Below, one piece after another: positions 9,222 to 18,654 of a stretch of DNA of 30,854 bases; position 1 is the first letter of the stretch; each line of letters opens with the position of its first letter. Under the pieces are notes generated by a model, which was not told the origin of the DNA, ran no database searches, and saw only the letters and a list, made by a program, of their open reading frames with translations. The position numbers and the translations under genes were made by a program. Source of the DNA: a virus (Duplodnaviria > Caudoviricetes); the IMG/VR virus record IMGVR_UViG_3300011336_000054, positions 1 to 30,854 of that record. The stretch is one strand, 5' to 3'.

Positions 9222-9529
9222 CCACATTTGTAACAACGATCACAGCAATGTACACATTACAACAACCTGACCCAAACTACGTGGTCAATGTTTTGTGGCG
9301 AGTGACTGGTGTAAGCGGTACATATTCAGCCTCCGTCGATGGAAGCACCCCTTTCAGTTCCGCTAATCAAGTCGGTACATTCATACCGTATGATCAGTTG
9401 ACAGAAGCTATCGTTATCGGTTGGATTCCAGCAGATGCGATTGCAAGTGCGCAGGCAACTGTGCAGGGGCAGATCAATGCACATATCACGCCACCTGTCA
9501 GCCCTGCGAACACACCATTGCCTTGGTAA
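9218..9529 (+). CDS. Tail-fibre-associated protein
   Basis: 'FIPYDQLTEAIVIGW...PLPW' motifs; ATGA overlap with the fibre gene. Confidence 0.75.
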   Translation: MTTFVTTITAMYTLQQPDPNYVVNVLWRVTGVSGTYSASVDGSTPFSSANQVGTFIPYDQLTEAIVIGWIPADAIASAQATVQGQINAHITPPVSPANTPLPW

Positions 9530-9532
9530 AAA

Positions 9533-9560
9533 CGGGAAGCCACCACCCGATCTTGGTGGC
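9533..9560 (+). promoter_or_regulatory. Predicted H-type RNA pseudoknot
   Basis: S1 cggg(9533-36)/cccg(9546-49); S2 gccacca(9539-45)/tggtggc(9554-60); loops of 2, 0 and 4 nt. Confidence 0.55.
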
Positions 9561-9580
9561 GCATTAAAGAAGGAAACATC

Positions 9581-9814
9581 ATGGGAAAAAACGAAAAAAC
9601 CCCTGTGACTATTGACGGCGTAGAGTACAAGTTTGAAGACATGACACAGCAACAGCAGATGTTGCTCAACCATGTCGCTGACTTGGATCGTAAGTTGGAC
9701 TCAGCACGATTCAATGTGGATCAGTTGCAAGTGGGCAGAGATGCCTTCTTTAAAATGCTGAAGGACGAGTTGGAAAAGAAGCCTGAAGTAAGCGACGCAG
9801 AAATTAAGGAATAA
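9581..9814 (+). CDS. Small coiled-coil hypothetical protein
   Basis: SD aagga; 'VTIDGVEY' followed by a heptad helix. Confidence 0.8.
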   Translation: MGKNEKTPVTIDGVEYKFEDMTQQQQMLLNHVADLDRKLDSARFNVDQLQVGRDAFFKMLKDELEKKPEVSDAEIKE

Positions 9815-9816
9815 TC

Positions 9817-10002
9817 ATGCAACTTATTGTAGAACTCACAGCAGACCAATATGCCCGTTACAAAGCGGGTTTCAAGAAGTTACAACAACTTGAGGAAGAC
9901 GCAACTGATGAGCAGTTAATTGCTCAACTAAAGCGTGAAGCCTCTGCTATTACCTATGCGGCAGAGATTGGCTCTGAAGATGGTACTGGTTGGGCTTTCT
10001 AA
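9817..10002 (+). CDS. Hypothetical protein
   Basis: ORF with SD aagga, tightly packed. Confidence 0.7.
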   Translation: MQLIVELTADQYARYKAGFKKLQQLEEDATDEQLIAQLKREASAITYAAEIGSEDGTGWAF

Positions 10003-10010
10003 GGAATAAC

Positions 10011-10151
10011 ATGAAGCTAGAACTTGATGTGAATGAGATTAACTTTGTATTGCAAACACTTGGTGAGTTACCAAGTAAATCTGGCGTATGGCCTTTAATT
10101 CTTAAAATTAAAGAACAGGCAGAAGCGCAAGTTTCTAAAGAATCGGAGTAA
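10011..10151 (+). CDS. Hypothetical protein (46 aa)
   Basis: Hand translation MKLELDVNEINFVLQTLGELPSKSGVWPLILKIKEQAEAQVSKESE; SD aagga; fills the gap exactly. Confidence 0.75.
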   Translation: MKLELDVNEINFVLQTLGELPSKSGVWPLILKIKEQAEAQVSKESE

Positions 10152-10156
10152 AAATC

Positions 10157-12520
10157 ATGGCTTATACACAAGCACAAATAAATGCAGCACTTGCAACTGA
10201 ATTGGCGGCTAATCCTAACCTTTCTCAGGCTGCTTTAATTAGTGCTGGTAAGTCTCTAGGCTTGTCAGATGCCCAACTGAATGCGGCTTTTGACACTATT
10301 CCTGGCTTTAATGCTCAAGGACAGTATGACGCTGCTGATTACATAGCTACTTCAAGGCCTGGTCAAGTATCGCCACAAATGGTGGTGGATGCGGCTAATG
10401 CGGCAAATCCATATTCTGCTCAGAACATGGCTAAAGTTGATATAACAAGGCCAGGTCAATATGTGCAAGATGCGGGTGGAAATTATGTTGCTTTGTCTCC
10501 AAATGTTGCTGGCTTTGACATTAACAATGCAACAGCGTTGCAAGGTTTAGGTGAATTGCGTGCTAGAGGTGGAACAGACTCTACATCACAAGCATTTAAT
10601 GCAATTGCAACTCCTGCACAAAAGGCTGAAGCTGACAGACTGTGGTCTATAGAAAAAGCTCGTCTGGAAGAGATTGATCGTCAGAATGCTTTAAAGGCTC
10701 AACAAGATCAAGGAATCAATCGTCCACCAGTTGCACAAGAAAAAGCACAAAAATCAGCAAACCCATCAGCCTTGCCCAAAGGTTTTCTTGAGAGTCTAAC
10801 TGCAATACCTAACGTAACTGACCAACAGATTGTTGCGGCTATGAAGACGGCTAATGTTTCTCCAAAGAACTTAGCTGATGGATTGGGTATTTCTGAGGGT
10901 GAAGTTATTGCTCGTGTAGCGGGAAGTGTTCCAAATGGTGAAACTGTCCAACTTGGCGACACCATTATTCAGCCTAAATACAGAATTATTGGTGATGGTC
11001 AAGATCAACAAGTTGGCGGTCTTGAGAATGTATATACATACAGAGCAAGTGATAACAAAGTTGGCGGTGGATACACTCAATATGCGGCAGATGGCACTTT
11101 AGAGCGTACTGGTACGCAGATGAAGGTCGATGCAACAAAAGACTTTTTAAAGTTTGCTTTGGGTGCTACTGCTTTATTTGGTGGTGCGGCTTTAGCGGGT
11201 CTCGGCCCACAAGTGCAAGCGGCTGGTTTCACAGCGGCAGAAATAGCTACAACAGGCTTATCAGCCTCAGAAATTGCGGCACTTACTGCACAAGATTTGG
11301 CAATAGGCGGTACAACTGGAACTGGTCTATTAACTACTGCGGGTGCAACAACGGCTGGAGCATTAACAGCGGGAGCAACTACTGCGGGGGCAACGACTAC
11401 TAATTTGCTTAGTGGTGCAACAGCACTTACTGCCTCGCAGATTGCTGATGCGGCAAAGTTAGGTCTAACTGCGGCTCAATATGCTGGTTTATTGACAACA
11501 GGCGCACAAACTGCGGCAGGTCTTCTACAACAACAAACATCTAAAGAAGCGGCTGATAAAGCTAGGGCAATGATTGATGTTGAGACTGCTGCGGCTAAAA
11601 AGGCTGCGGGATTTCGTCCAGTAGGAATGACCACTCGTTTTGGTACGTCCGAGTTTAAACTTGATCCAGTAACGGGCCAGTTGATAAGCGCAGGGTATAC
11701 AGCAAGCCCAGGTGTTTTAGAAGCGCAGAATCGTTTGGTTGCTTTGGGTAATCAAGGGTTGGCACAGGCAGAAGCGGCACAAGGTCAATTTGCACCTTTG
11801 CAAACAGGTGCTCAAAGGCTCTTTGGTTTGGGTAATCAATACTTGGCTCAAAATCCTCAAGAAGTTGCTCAGAACTATCTCAATCAACAGATGGCATTGT
11901 TGCAACCAGGCCGTGAGTTGGAACTCGCTAATCTGCAAAACAAACTGCAACAACAAGGTCGTGGTGGTTTAGCAGTTGCTCAAGGTGGTACTTTGGGTGC
12001 TACAACTCCTGAATTACAGGCTTTGTATAACGCTCGTGCTCAACAAGAGGCTCAATTGGCGGCTAATGCTCAACAGTATGGTCAACAACAAGTCTCCTTT
12101 GGGGCAGGTTTATTAGGTACGGGCGCACAGACTATGGGTAACTATTACTCAGGTCAACAAGCGGCTTACGCTCCTTATACAACTGCTTTGGGACAATTCC
12201 AGAACTTAGAGACTCTTGCACAACAACCCCTTCAAATGGGTGCAAACCTTGCTCAACAATCTGCTCAAGCAGGTGCTAACGTGGCTCGTTTTGGCTTACT
12301 CGGTGCGGGTCAAAGCGTAGATTTGGCTACGGGTGCAGCGGCAACAAGAAACCCATACGCTTCTGCTTTATATGGTGCGGCTTCTAACCCCTTAGTTGGA
12401 CAGGCTTTGACGGGCGCACTTACCAACACTCCCACAGGAAGTTTGACAGCAGGTTTAACACCAGCGCAAATTGCGGCAGGAGAAGCTGGGTATCCAAACG
12501 TCAATCTTATTTACGGATAA
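10157..12520 (+). CDS. Putative internal virion / DNA ejection protein
   Basis: 787 aa, Ala/Gln/Gly-rich, hydrophobic mid-segment; position after the tail genes. Confidence 0.65.
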   Translation: MAYTQAQINAALATELAANPNLSQAALISAGKSLGLSDAQLNAAFDTIPGFNAQGQYDAADYIATSRPGQVSPQMVVDAANAANPYSAQNMAKVDITRPGQYVQDAGGNYVALSPNVAGFDINNATALQGLGELRARGGTDSTSQAFNAIATPAQKAEADRLWSIEKARLEEIDRQNALKAQQDQGINRPPVAQEKAQKSANPSALPKGFLESLTAIPNVTDQQIVAAMKTANVSPKNLADGLGISEGEVIARVAGSVPNGETVQLGDTIIQPKYRIIGDGQDQQVGGLENVYTYRASDNKVGGGYTQYAADGTLERTGTQMKVDATKDFLKFALGATALFGGAALAGLGPQVQAAGFTAAEIATTGLSASEIAALTAQDLAIGGTTGTGLLTTAGATTAGALTAGATTAGATTTNLLSGATALTASQIADAAKLGLTAAQYAGLLTTGAQTAAGLLQQQTSKEAADKARAMIDVETAAAKKAAGFRPVGMTTRFGTSEFKLDPVTGQLISAGYTASPGVLEAQNRLVALGNQGLAQAEAAQGQFAPLQTGAQRLFGLGNQYLAQNPQEVAQNYLNQQMALLQPGRELELANLQNKLQQQGRGGLAVAQGGTLGATTPELQALYNARAQQEAQLAANAQQYGQQQVSFGAGLLGTGAQTMGNYYSGQQAAYAPYTTALGQFQNLETLAQQPLQMGANLAQQSAQAGANVARFGLLGAGQSVDLATGAAATRNPYASALYGAASNPLVGQALTGALTNTPTGSLTAGLTPAQIAAGEAGYPNVNLIYG

Positions 12521-12529
12521 GGAAACATC

Positions 12530-14260
12530 ATGGCAGAAACTAATATCGTAGCGGGGCTGTTTGGTATGACCCCACAAATGTAAGGTGAGCAACAAAGAAC
12601 AAATGCTTTAGCTGAAGGCATCAGATTAGCCCAATTAAGTCCAGATGCGGCTGGTGCGGCAATGACCTATGCGGGTGCTAGAGGGCTTGGTGGTGCTATT
12701 GCGGGTGCTATGGGCATAGAAGACCCTCAGTTGCAACGCATAACGCAACAAGCGCAGTTATTGCAAGGCTTGAATTTGCGTGATCCACAGTCTTTAGAGC
12801 AAGCTGCTGTTCAAGCCAATCAAATGGGTAACACACCATTAGCCATGAAACTGTTTGACTTGTCAGATGTGGCACGAACACGGGCGCAACAACAAGAAAC
12901 ACAAAGACAAACACAACTAGCCCAACTTATTGCACAACGTGCTTACCGACCAGGCACTCCGGAAAGATCGCAAATGTTGGATGTTCAAGAACGTGAGCAG
13001 ATGGCAGATCAAGGCACTCCAATGCCTGAGAACATTCCTGCTGTTGCACCAAGTTTTGACATTGGCAGAGTAGCACCTGAGTTGATGCGTACCCCAGAAG
13101 GCTTGGCGCAACTCGAAAAACTGCAAAAAGCACAATCCTCTGTTGAGGCTTTGTCTGCAACGCAACTGGCATCACAATTGTTTTATCCTGATGGCACACG
13201 AAACAAAGCTATTGAAGCACAACTAAGACAGAGTTTGTCGGGTCAGAAAATATTGAAGAGTGTAGAGCCTGAAACAAAAATCTTGAAAAAAGGCGACACG
13301 CTTGCTACATTTAATCAGGCAACTGGAACTTATAATGTGGTAACACCAACTGGAGTTGTCCCAACACCAGCAGGGGCTAATCCAATTACTGCAATGCTTC
13401 AGTCTGGGTCAATCACTCCAACAGTAAGAGCGTATGCGGCTGAACTTGAGGCACAGTGGCCTAGTTTGGATGCTGATGAAAGACGAAATGAGTTGTCAAA
13501 ATTGGCAACTAAAAATCAAACCGCAACAAAAATAGCGCAAAAAGATGCTGAAGCCAAAGTAGGTGGCGGTGATAAGGTTCAGTCTAGCAAAGTCACTCCA
13601 AATGGCACAACAATCATTGTTATGAAAGACGGATCAACAAGAGTTGTTTCTGCCACAGGAGAAAACTTAACAGGTCAAGCAAGGGCTGACGCAATTGTTG
13701 CATCAGAAGAATTTGGCGCAACAACACAAGGTACTAGGGCGCAAGCAAGGGTTGGCGGCGAATTGACATCAAAACAAGTAGGAGCAGCGTTTGCTGAAAT
13801 TGGCAAAATTAGGAAAAACATTGGCAACATTGATGATGCAATTAAAGCCATTGACGATGGTGCGAGCACAGGTGTTATTGCAAGCAAGTTTCCAAATATC
13901 ACAACGGCATCAATTACGTTGAACAATGTTAGAAGTCAGTTGGGCTTGGATGTAATTGGATCAGTTACTTTTGGCGCTTTGTCGGAGGGCGAACTTAACC
14001 TTGCTCTTGACACTGCCCTTCCAACAACTTTAAGACCTCAAGCACTTAAACAATATTTGACTGACAAAAAAACTGCTCAAGAAAAATTGGTTGGATATTT
14101 GTCTAAGCAAATTTCTTATCTCAGCAAACCTGGCAACAATTTGTCGGGTTGGTTGGAACAAGCCGGAAAACCAAGTCAATCAAACTTACCCGCTAGTGCG
14201 GCAGACATTCCTTCTGGCGTTCCTTCTGGCGTAACTGTAAAGAAAAAAGAAGGTAAATAA
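12530..14260 (+). pseudogene. Putative ejection protein interrupted by an in-frame TAA at codon 18 (12581-12583)
   Basis: Good SD and ATG at 12530, in frame with ORF 12662-14260; the only stop in between is TAA 12581; ATG 12662 has no SD. Confidence 0.6.
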
Positions 14261-14261
14261 A

Positions 14262-16187
14262 ATGGCTAAATTTAGTTACGAAGTTACCATTCCCAACAGC
14301 GGAACGTATGAGGTGGAATCTGACAAAGAGTTGTCAGATGCAGACGCATATAAATACGCTTTAGCACAGGCAAAGCCATCGGCTCAAACATCACAAACTA
14401 CACCACAAAAATCAGGCGGCCTTGCTGACCTACTCATTGGGGCTGCTGAAACCGCATTGACACTAGGCACTGCGGCTACAGGCGGTTTATTTGGCACAGT
14501 TGGCGGGGCAATAACTGGTGCTCGTGAAGAAATAAAAGCGGGCAGATTTGGCACACCAGCGGCGGCTCGGGCTATTAGTGAACGTGCGGGGGCTGGAGCG
14601 CAGCAATATACCTATATGCCAAGAACTGAAGCTGGCATGGAGCAGGTTCAAGCCATTGGGCAAGCCGCAGGATTGTTGCCACCAGTATTGCCTGGTGCTT
14701 TGCCTACTGGCATGTTAAGTCAGTCTGTTCGGCAAGCTGCCCCCATTGTGTCGGCTACAGCACTGCGTGGCGCTGATGCAGTTAGACAGGGTACAGGCCA
14801 AGTGGTTGCCGCAGCCAAAAAGACACCAACCATTGTGCGTGAGTCTTTAGGTTTGGATGTTGCACCAACAACTCAAACAACTCGGGGAAGTGCTGGCGCT
14901 GCCGCTACCCCAATGGGTCTACAGAGAGAGCAAACTGCTGAAAGTCTTGGTGTAAAACTTACACTTGGTGAAAAAGAGCGTGACCCATCACAACTTGCTT
15001 TTGAAAAAGAGGCGGTTAAAGGGCCGCTTGGTCAACCATTGATAACCAGAGCAGAGCAAAATAATCTTTCAATCATGCAAAAATTTGATGAATTGCTTGA
15101 TGCAACTGGTGCTGAAGTTGCACAAAAAGGAGACATAGCTGTGACGGGCAACAAGTTAATTGATGCCCTTTCATCCGGCTATGCAGGCGCAAAAGCGAAA
15201 ACCAGAGCAGCTTACGAAAACGCAAAAACAAAGGGAGAGCTTGAAGTTCCCACATCTATAACAAGCGTTGCAGACTACCTAAATCAAAATATACCAGAGG
15301 CTACTGTTGCGCCAATTTTAAAAGTGGCTAGAGAAAAGGGTATATCGCTTGGCATCTTTAAGCAATTAGAAGATGGTACTTTGGAAGCCCAACCATCTAC
15401 TTTGGCAGACGTAGAGCTTTTGCGTAGGTCAATCAATAACACAATCGGCATCGACCCTACAAACATAAATTTTGGCAGAGAACTTAAAAACAAAATTGAT
15501 CTGTCAACCGAAGGGTTGGGAGGTGAGGCTTACAAGGAAGCTAGAGCACTTCGCAAGCAACAAGCTATTAAATACGAAGGTCGCGCAATTGTTGCCAACT
15601 TGTTGACAAAAGTTCGTGGGCGTGATGATCCAAAAATTGAGGCAAGTCAAGCATTCCAAAAGTCTATTCTTGGTGCAACGCCTGAAGAAATTACATTTCT
15701 AAAAAGAGTTTTGTTTACCAGTGGTAAAGATGGTCAACAGGCTTTTCGTGAACTGCAAGGTGCAACTATTGATTACTTACGCAAAGAGGCGGTAAAGAAG
15801 GGTCGAACCGATTCTCAGGGTCGTCCAGTAGTTGACACTGGTGCGGTTCGAAACGCAACAGAAGCGCTCGATGCCAATGGTCGGTTGGATATTATGCTTG
15901 GTAAAAAAGGTGCACAAAATATCCGCGACATAAACGAAGTCTTGAGTTACATCAATACAGTCCCGCCTGGCACTCTCATCAATAATTCAGGAACGGCAGC
16001 TACATTACTGCAAAATCTTAGCGCAATTGGTGCTGAAACAGCTTTAACAGGATATTTTTTTGGCATTCCAGCGCCTGTTTTGACTTCATTGCGATTAGGA
16101 ATTAACCAAATTAAAACAAACAAGCAAAACGCTAAACTCAAAGCCAGAATAAATCAGGCTTTGAATGAAGCTGAAAAGGCTCAATAA
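14262..16187 (+). CDS. Putative large ejection / DNA transfer protein
   Basis: 641 aa, helical, Gly/Ala-rich hydrophobic segment near the N-terminus; third of three large genes. Confidence 0.65.
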   Translation: MAKFSYEVTIPNSGTYEVESDKELSDADAYKYALAQAKPSAQTSQTTPQKSGGLADLLIGAAETALTLGTAATGGLFGTVGGAITGAREEIKAGRFGTPAAARAISERAGAGAQQYTYMPRTEAGMEQVQAIGQAAGLLPPVLPGALPTGMLSQSVRQAAPIVSATALRGADAVRQGTGQVVAAAKKTPTIVRESLGLDVAPTTQTTRGSAGAAATPMGLQREQTAESLGVKLTLGEKERDPSQLAFEKEAVKGPLGQPLITRAEQNNLSIMQKFDELLDATGAEVAQKGDIAVTGNKLIDALSSGYAGAKAKTRAAYENAKTKGELEVPTSITSVADYLNQNIPEATVAPILKVAREKGISLGIFKQLEDGTLEAQPSTLADVELLRRSINNTIGIDPTNINFGRELKNKIDLSTEGLGGEAYKEARALRKQQAIKYEGRAIVANLLTKVRGRDDPKIEASQAFQKSILGATPEEITFLKRVLFTSGKDGQQAFRELQGATIDYLRKEAVKKGRTDSQGRPVVDTGAVRNATEALDANGRLDIMLGKKGAQNIRDINEVLSYINTVPPGTLINNSGTAATLLQNLSAIGAETALTGYFFGIPAPVLTSLRLGINQIKTNKQNAKLKARINQALNEAEKAQ

Positions 16188-16188
16188 C

Positions 16189-16284
16189 ATGAAAGATTGG
16201 GCTGAAGCATTGATTGCGGCGGCCTGTATGGTGGCCTTCGTAATCTTTGGTACGTACATGATTGCATGGAGTTGGGCGTGGTAA
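16189..16284 (+). CDS. 31-aa hydrophobic membrane peptide
   Basis: Hand translation MKDWAEALIAAACMVAFVIFGTYMIAWSWAW; fills the gap exactly. Confidence 0.6.
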   Translation: MKDWAEALIAAACMVAFVIFGTYMIAWSWAW

Positions 16285-16572
16285 ATGCGTTGGCTTATTC
16301 TGTTACTGTTGTTGGGGCTAGTTGGAGCCGTAGCCAAGAATGGTTGCCATGTGCGCGAGTTTTATGGGATAGCGTACACAATCCACAACCCGTCAGAGCG
16401 CCATCAACAAATGATTCAGTGGCTCAAAAACAATGCTCAGTATTGCAGGAGCCAAGATTACGTAGTCATCTGGAACAACTTGTCCGAATGGGCGGGTACA
16501 GCCGACTCAGCAGAAACCAGAAGTTTGGTTATTCACGGGTACAAAGATGCACTTGAGCGTGAAAAGAAATGA
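16285..16572 (+). CDS. Exported 95-aa protein (candidate antiholin)
   Basis: Signal peptide MRWLILLLLLGLVGAVA; two Cys in the mature part; within the lysis region. Confidence 0.6.
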   Translation: MRWLILLLLLGLVGAVAKNGCHVREFYGIAYTIHNPSERHQQMIQWLKNNAQYCRSQDYVVIWNNLSEWAGTADSAETRSLVIHGYKDALEREKK

Positions 16573-16805
16573 TCGACACCATCAAGTTATTTCCGACTGT
16601 TCAGCCCTCTGGTTATCCAGACAAGCATGACCTTGCTCAAGTGAAGTTAGAGAAACAGCATGAAAGAAATAAGGTAAATGAGATAGCCAAGCTAAAACAA
16701 ACTCAGCTAGAAGACTTAGAGTTTGAGATTTATACTAAAAAAGTAGTTCAAGAGCGACTCCGCATGGAGATATTTCAAAACCGCAAACTGGATATATACG
16801 CATAA
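16569..16805 (+). CDS. Hypothetical soluble helical protein (78 aa)
   Basis: Overlap-coupled to both neighbours. Confidence 0.7.
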   Translation: MIDTIKLFPTVQPSGYPDKHDLAQVKLEKQHERNKVNEIAKLKQTQLEDLEFEIYTKKVVQERLRMEIFQNRKLDIYA

Positions 16806-17536
16806 TGGTCACTAAAAAACCCCCTGCAAAGGTAGCCCCTGTTAAGCGCAGGACACCCAAACCCAAAGCAGAGCAAACTATCAATGTGACGATGGCTGCG
16901 CCAGCTCCTGCGCCAAAGACTGAAGCCAAAAAAGACGACTCTACATTAGGTAAAGTCATAGGCTTGATTGAGTGGGTAGATAGCCCATTTAAGCTGTTTA
17001 CAGTCATTTTGCTGTCATTCCTAGCGTTTGCTGGTTGGTTTGCATGGGATTCTAGGCAGGTCATTCTTCACGCCATCACAACGCAAGATAAGATGCCTCA
17101 GTTGGCAAAACAAGAAGCACTGCTTGCCCCTGCTCGTAGCTTAATGAAAGACGTAGATGGGGTTGTTCTTTTGGTTCACAAAGCCAATTTAGCAACAAAC
17201 TCACGCACTACTGTCTTAGCTTTGAACGCTGATGGTTCACGAGAAAAGGCTGTTGAAGGGACTGTGACGTCCCTATTCAACGCAAGCGCAGACAGAAATG
17301 GCGCAATGGTGGCTATGCTTAATGGCGAGGTTCTGTGCGAGGAATTCAATCCATCGTCTAAGGTAGGTGAGTGGGGTGTAAAACAGGGTGTGAAGTTCAT
17401 GTGCAGAGGCTCTATACCTCCAGATATGGGCAAATTTGCAGGGTATGTAGCCATTGGATTTAAGGAAAAGCCAGAGGATATTGCGGCTTTAAAGACTCGG
17501 ATTAACTTGGCGGCAACTGATATGTCGGAGGATTGA
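16805..17536 (+). CDS. Single-TM protein with GAF-like C-terminal domain (T4 holin T-like architecture)
   Basis: Basic N-terminus, amphipathic helix, one TM (LFTVILLSFLAFAGWFAW), then a soluble domain ending FMCRGSIPPDMGKFAGYVAIGF plus a helix. Confidence 0.55.
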   Translation: MVTKKPPAKVAPVKRRTPKPKAEQTINVTMAAPAPAPKTEAKKDDSTLGKVIGLIEWVDSPFKLFTVILLSFLAFAGWFAWDSRQVILHAITTQDKMPQLAKQEALLAPARSLMKDVDGVVLLVHKANLATNSRTTVLALNADGSREKAVEGTVTSLFNASADRNGAMVAMLNGEVLCEEFNPSSKVGEWGVKQGVKFMCRGSIPPDMGKFAGYVAIGFKEKPEDIAALKTRINLAATDMSED

Positions 17537-17538
17537 TT

Positions 17539-18033
17539 ATGTTAGATATTCTTAGTGGTGGTTTATTAGGCTCTATTTTTGGTGGTATCTTTAGGATGGC
17601 GCCAGAGGTGCTTAAATGGCTTGATAAGAAAAATGAAAGAGCGCATGAACTCTTGATGTTTTCTCGTCAGTGCGAACTGGAGCAATTAAGGGGTCAGCAA
17701 AAGCTCGCTGAGATTGGCGCTCAAAGAGAGGCCGCCATTGATGTGGGCGTGATGGATGCGTTTAACAATGCCATTACCCAGCAGGCCGAAATGGTCAAGG
17801 CCGCAGGTGGATGGGTTGCATCATTGAGCGCCAGTGTCAGGCCACTGGTCACTTATTGGGTGCTATTTGTATGGTCGTTCATTCATGTGTGGTTTGCATG
17901 GAATGCGTGGCTTGCTGGCGCTCCAGCGGTCGAGGTGTTCAAGACCATGATGACTCCTGATTTCTCAGCCCTGCTGTCTGGAACAATCAACTACTGGTTC
18001 CTTGACAGAACTCTTGCCAAGCGTGGAATATGA
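17539..18033 (+). CDS. Holin-like membrane protein (GTA 3TM holin-like)
   Basis: 'WVASLSASVRPLVTY' and 'INYWFLDRTL' motifs; hydrophobic segments; directly before the endolysin; SD ggagg. Confidence 0.65.
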   Translation: MLDILSGGLLGSIFGGIFRMAPEVLKWLDKKNERAHELLMFSRQCELEQLRGQQKLAEIGAQREAAIDVGVMDAFNNAITQQAEMVKAAGGWVASLSASVRPLVTYWVLFVWSFIHVWFAWNAWLAGAPAVEVFKTMMTPDFSALLSGTINYWFLDRTLAKRGI

Positions 18034-18473
18034 ACCTAGAGTTAGCTGCCGCCTTGTGCCGCCAGTTTGAGGGCTATCGGGCCAAGCCGTATTTATGTCC
18101 GGCTGGTGTGGCTACGATAGGCTATGGCTCGACCTACTACGCTGACAAACGCAAGGTGACTTTAGAAGACCCACCGATGGATGAACCCACGGCTAGGGCG
18201 CTTTTGATGATTGAGCTGGAACATACTTACCTGCCTGGCGCTTTGCGTAACTGTCCAATTCTTGCAACTGATGAGCGCAAGTGCAACGCTATTGTGGATT
18301 TTTGCTACAACCTTGGAATTGGCAGACTTCAAACATCAACCCTCAAACGCAAGATAAACGCAGGGGATTGGGACGGGGCAAAAGAGCAATTGATGCTGTG
18401 GACAAAAGGGGGCGGTAAAGTGTTGCCTGGTCTACTCAAGCGCAGACAGGCCGAATGCGCTCTTATTCTTTAA
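18030..18473 (+). CDS. Endolysin, GH24 phage lysozyme
   Basis: FEG...PYLCPAGVATIGYG with E-x8-C-x5-T triad; YNLG; GLLKRRQAE. Confidence 0.93.
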   Translation: MNLELAAALCRQFEGYRAKPYLCPAGVATIGYGSTYYADKRKVTLEDPPMDEPTARALLMIELEHTYLPGALRNCPILATDERKCNAIVDFCYNLGIGRLQTSTLKRKINAGDWDGAKEQLMLWTKGGGKVLPGLLKRRQAECALIL

Positions 18474-18654
18474 CCACCGCTCTATAAGCCTCAATAGCCG
18501 TCTTCAGATCACATTGCAACTGTTGAATGCGGTCATCCTGTTCACACAGTTTGACGTAACATTCGCCTGCAAAATCAACCAAACTCTCGCGCTCCCAAAT
18601 GTCAAACTTGGGCATTTGAATTTGGCGCTTGCGCCAGCCACTTTGGTTAGTCAT
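18463..18654 (-). CDS. Hypothetical coiled-coil protein
   Basis: Last ORF of the early operon; start at 18654 or 18615; its 3' end overlaps the lysozyme 3' end. Confidence 0.6.
   Translation of the reverse strand: MTNQSGWRKRQIQMPKFDIWERESLVDFAGECYVKLCEQDDRIQQLQCDLKTAIEAYRAVVKE

Noticed and set aside
6255-10151. Diversity-generating retroelement or invertible tail-fibre cassette
   Set aside because: No reverse transcriptase or invertase; the repeats differ at synonymous sites rather than specifically at adenines.
9527-12583. Genome-wide TAA reassignment
   Set aside because: TAA ends many genes that are followed directly by a new SD and start codon.
14207-14232. 12-bp tandem duplication ttccttctggcg
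   Set aside because: Trivial in-frame duplication in a low-complexity C-terminal tail.
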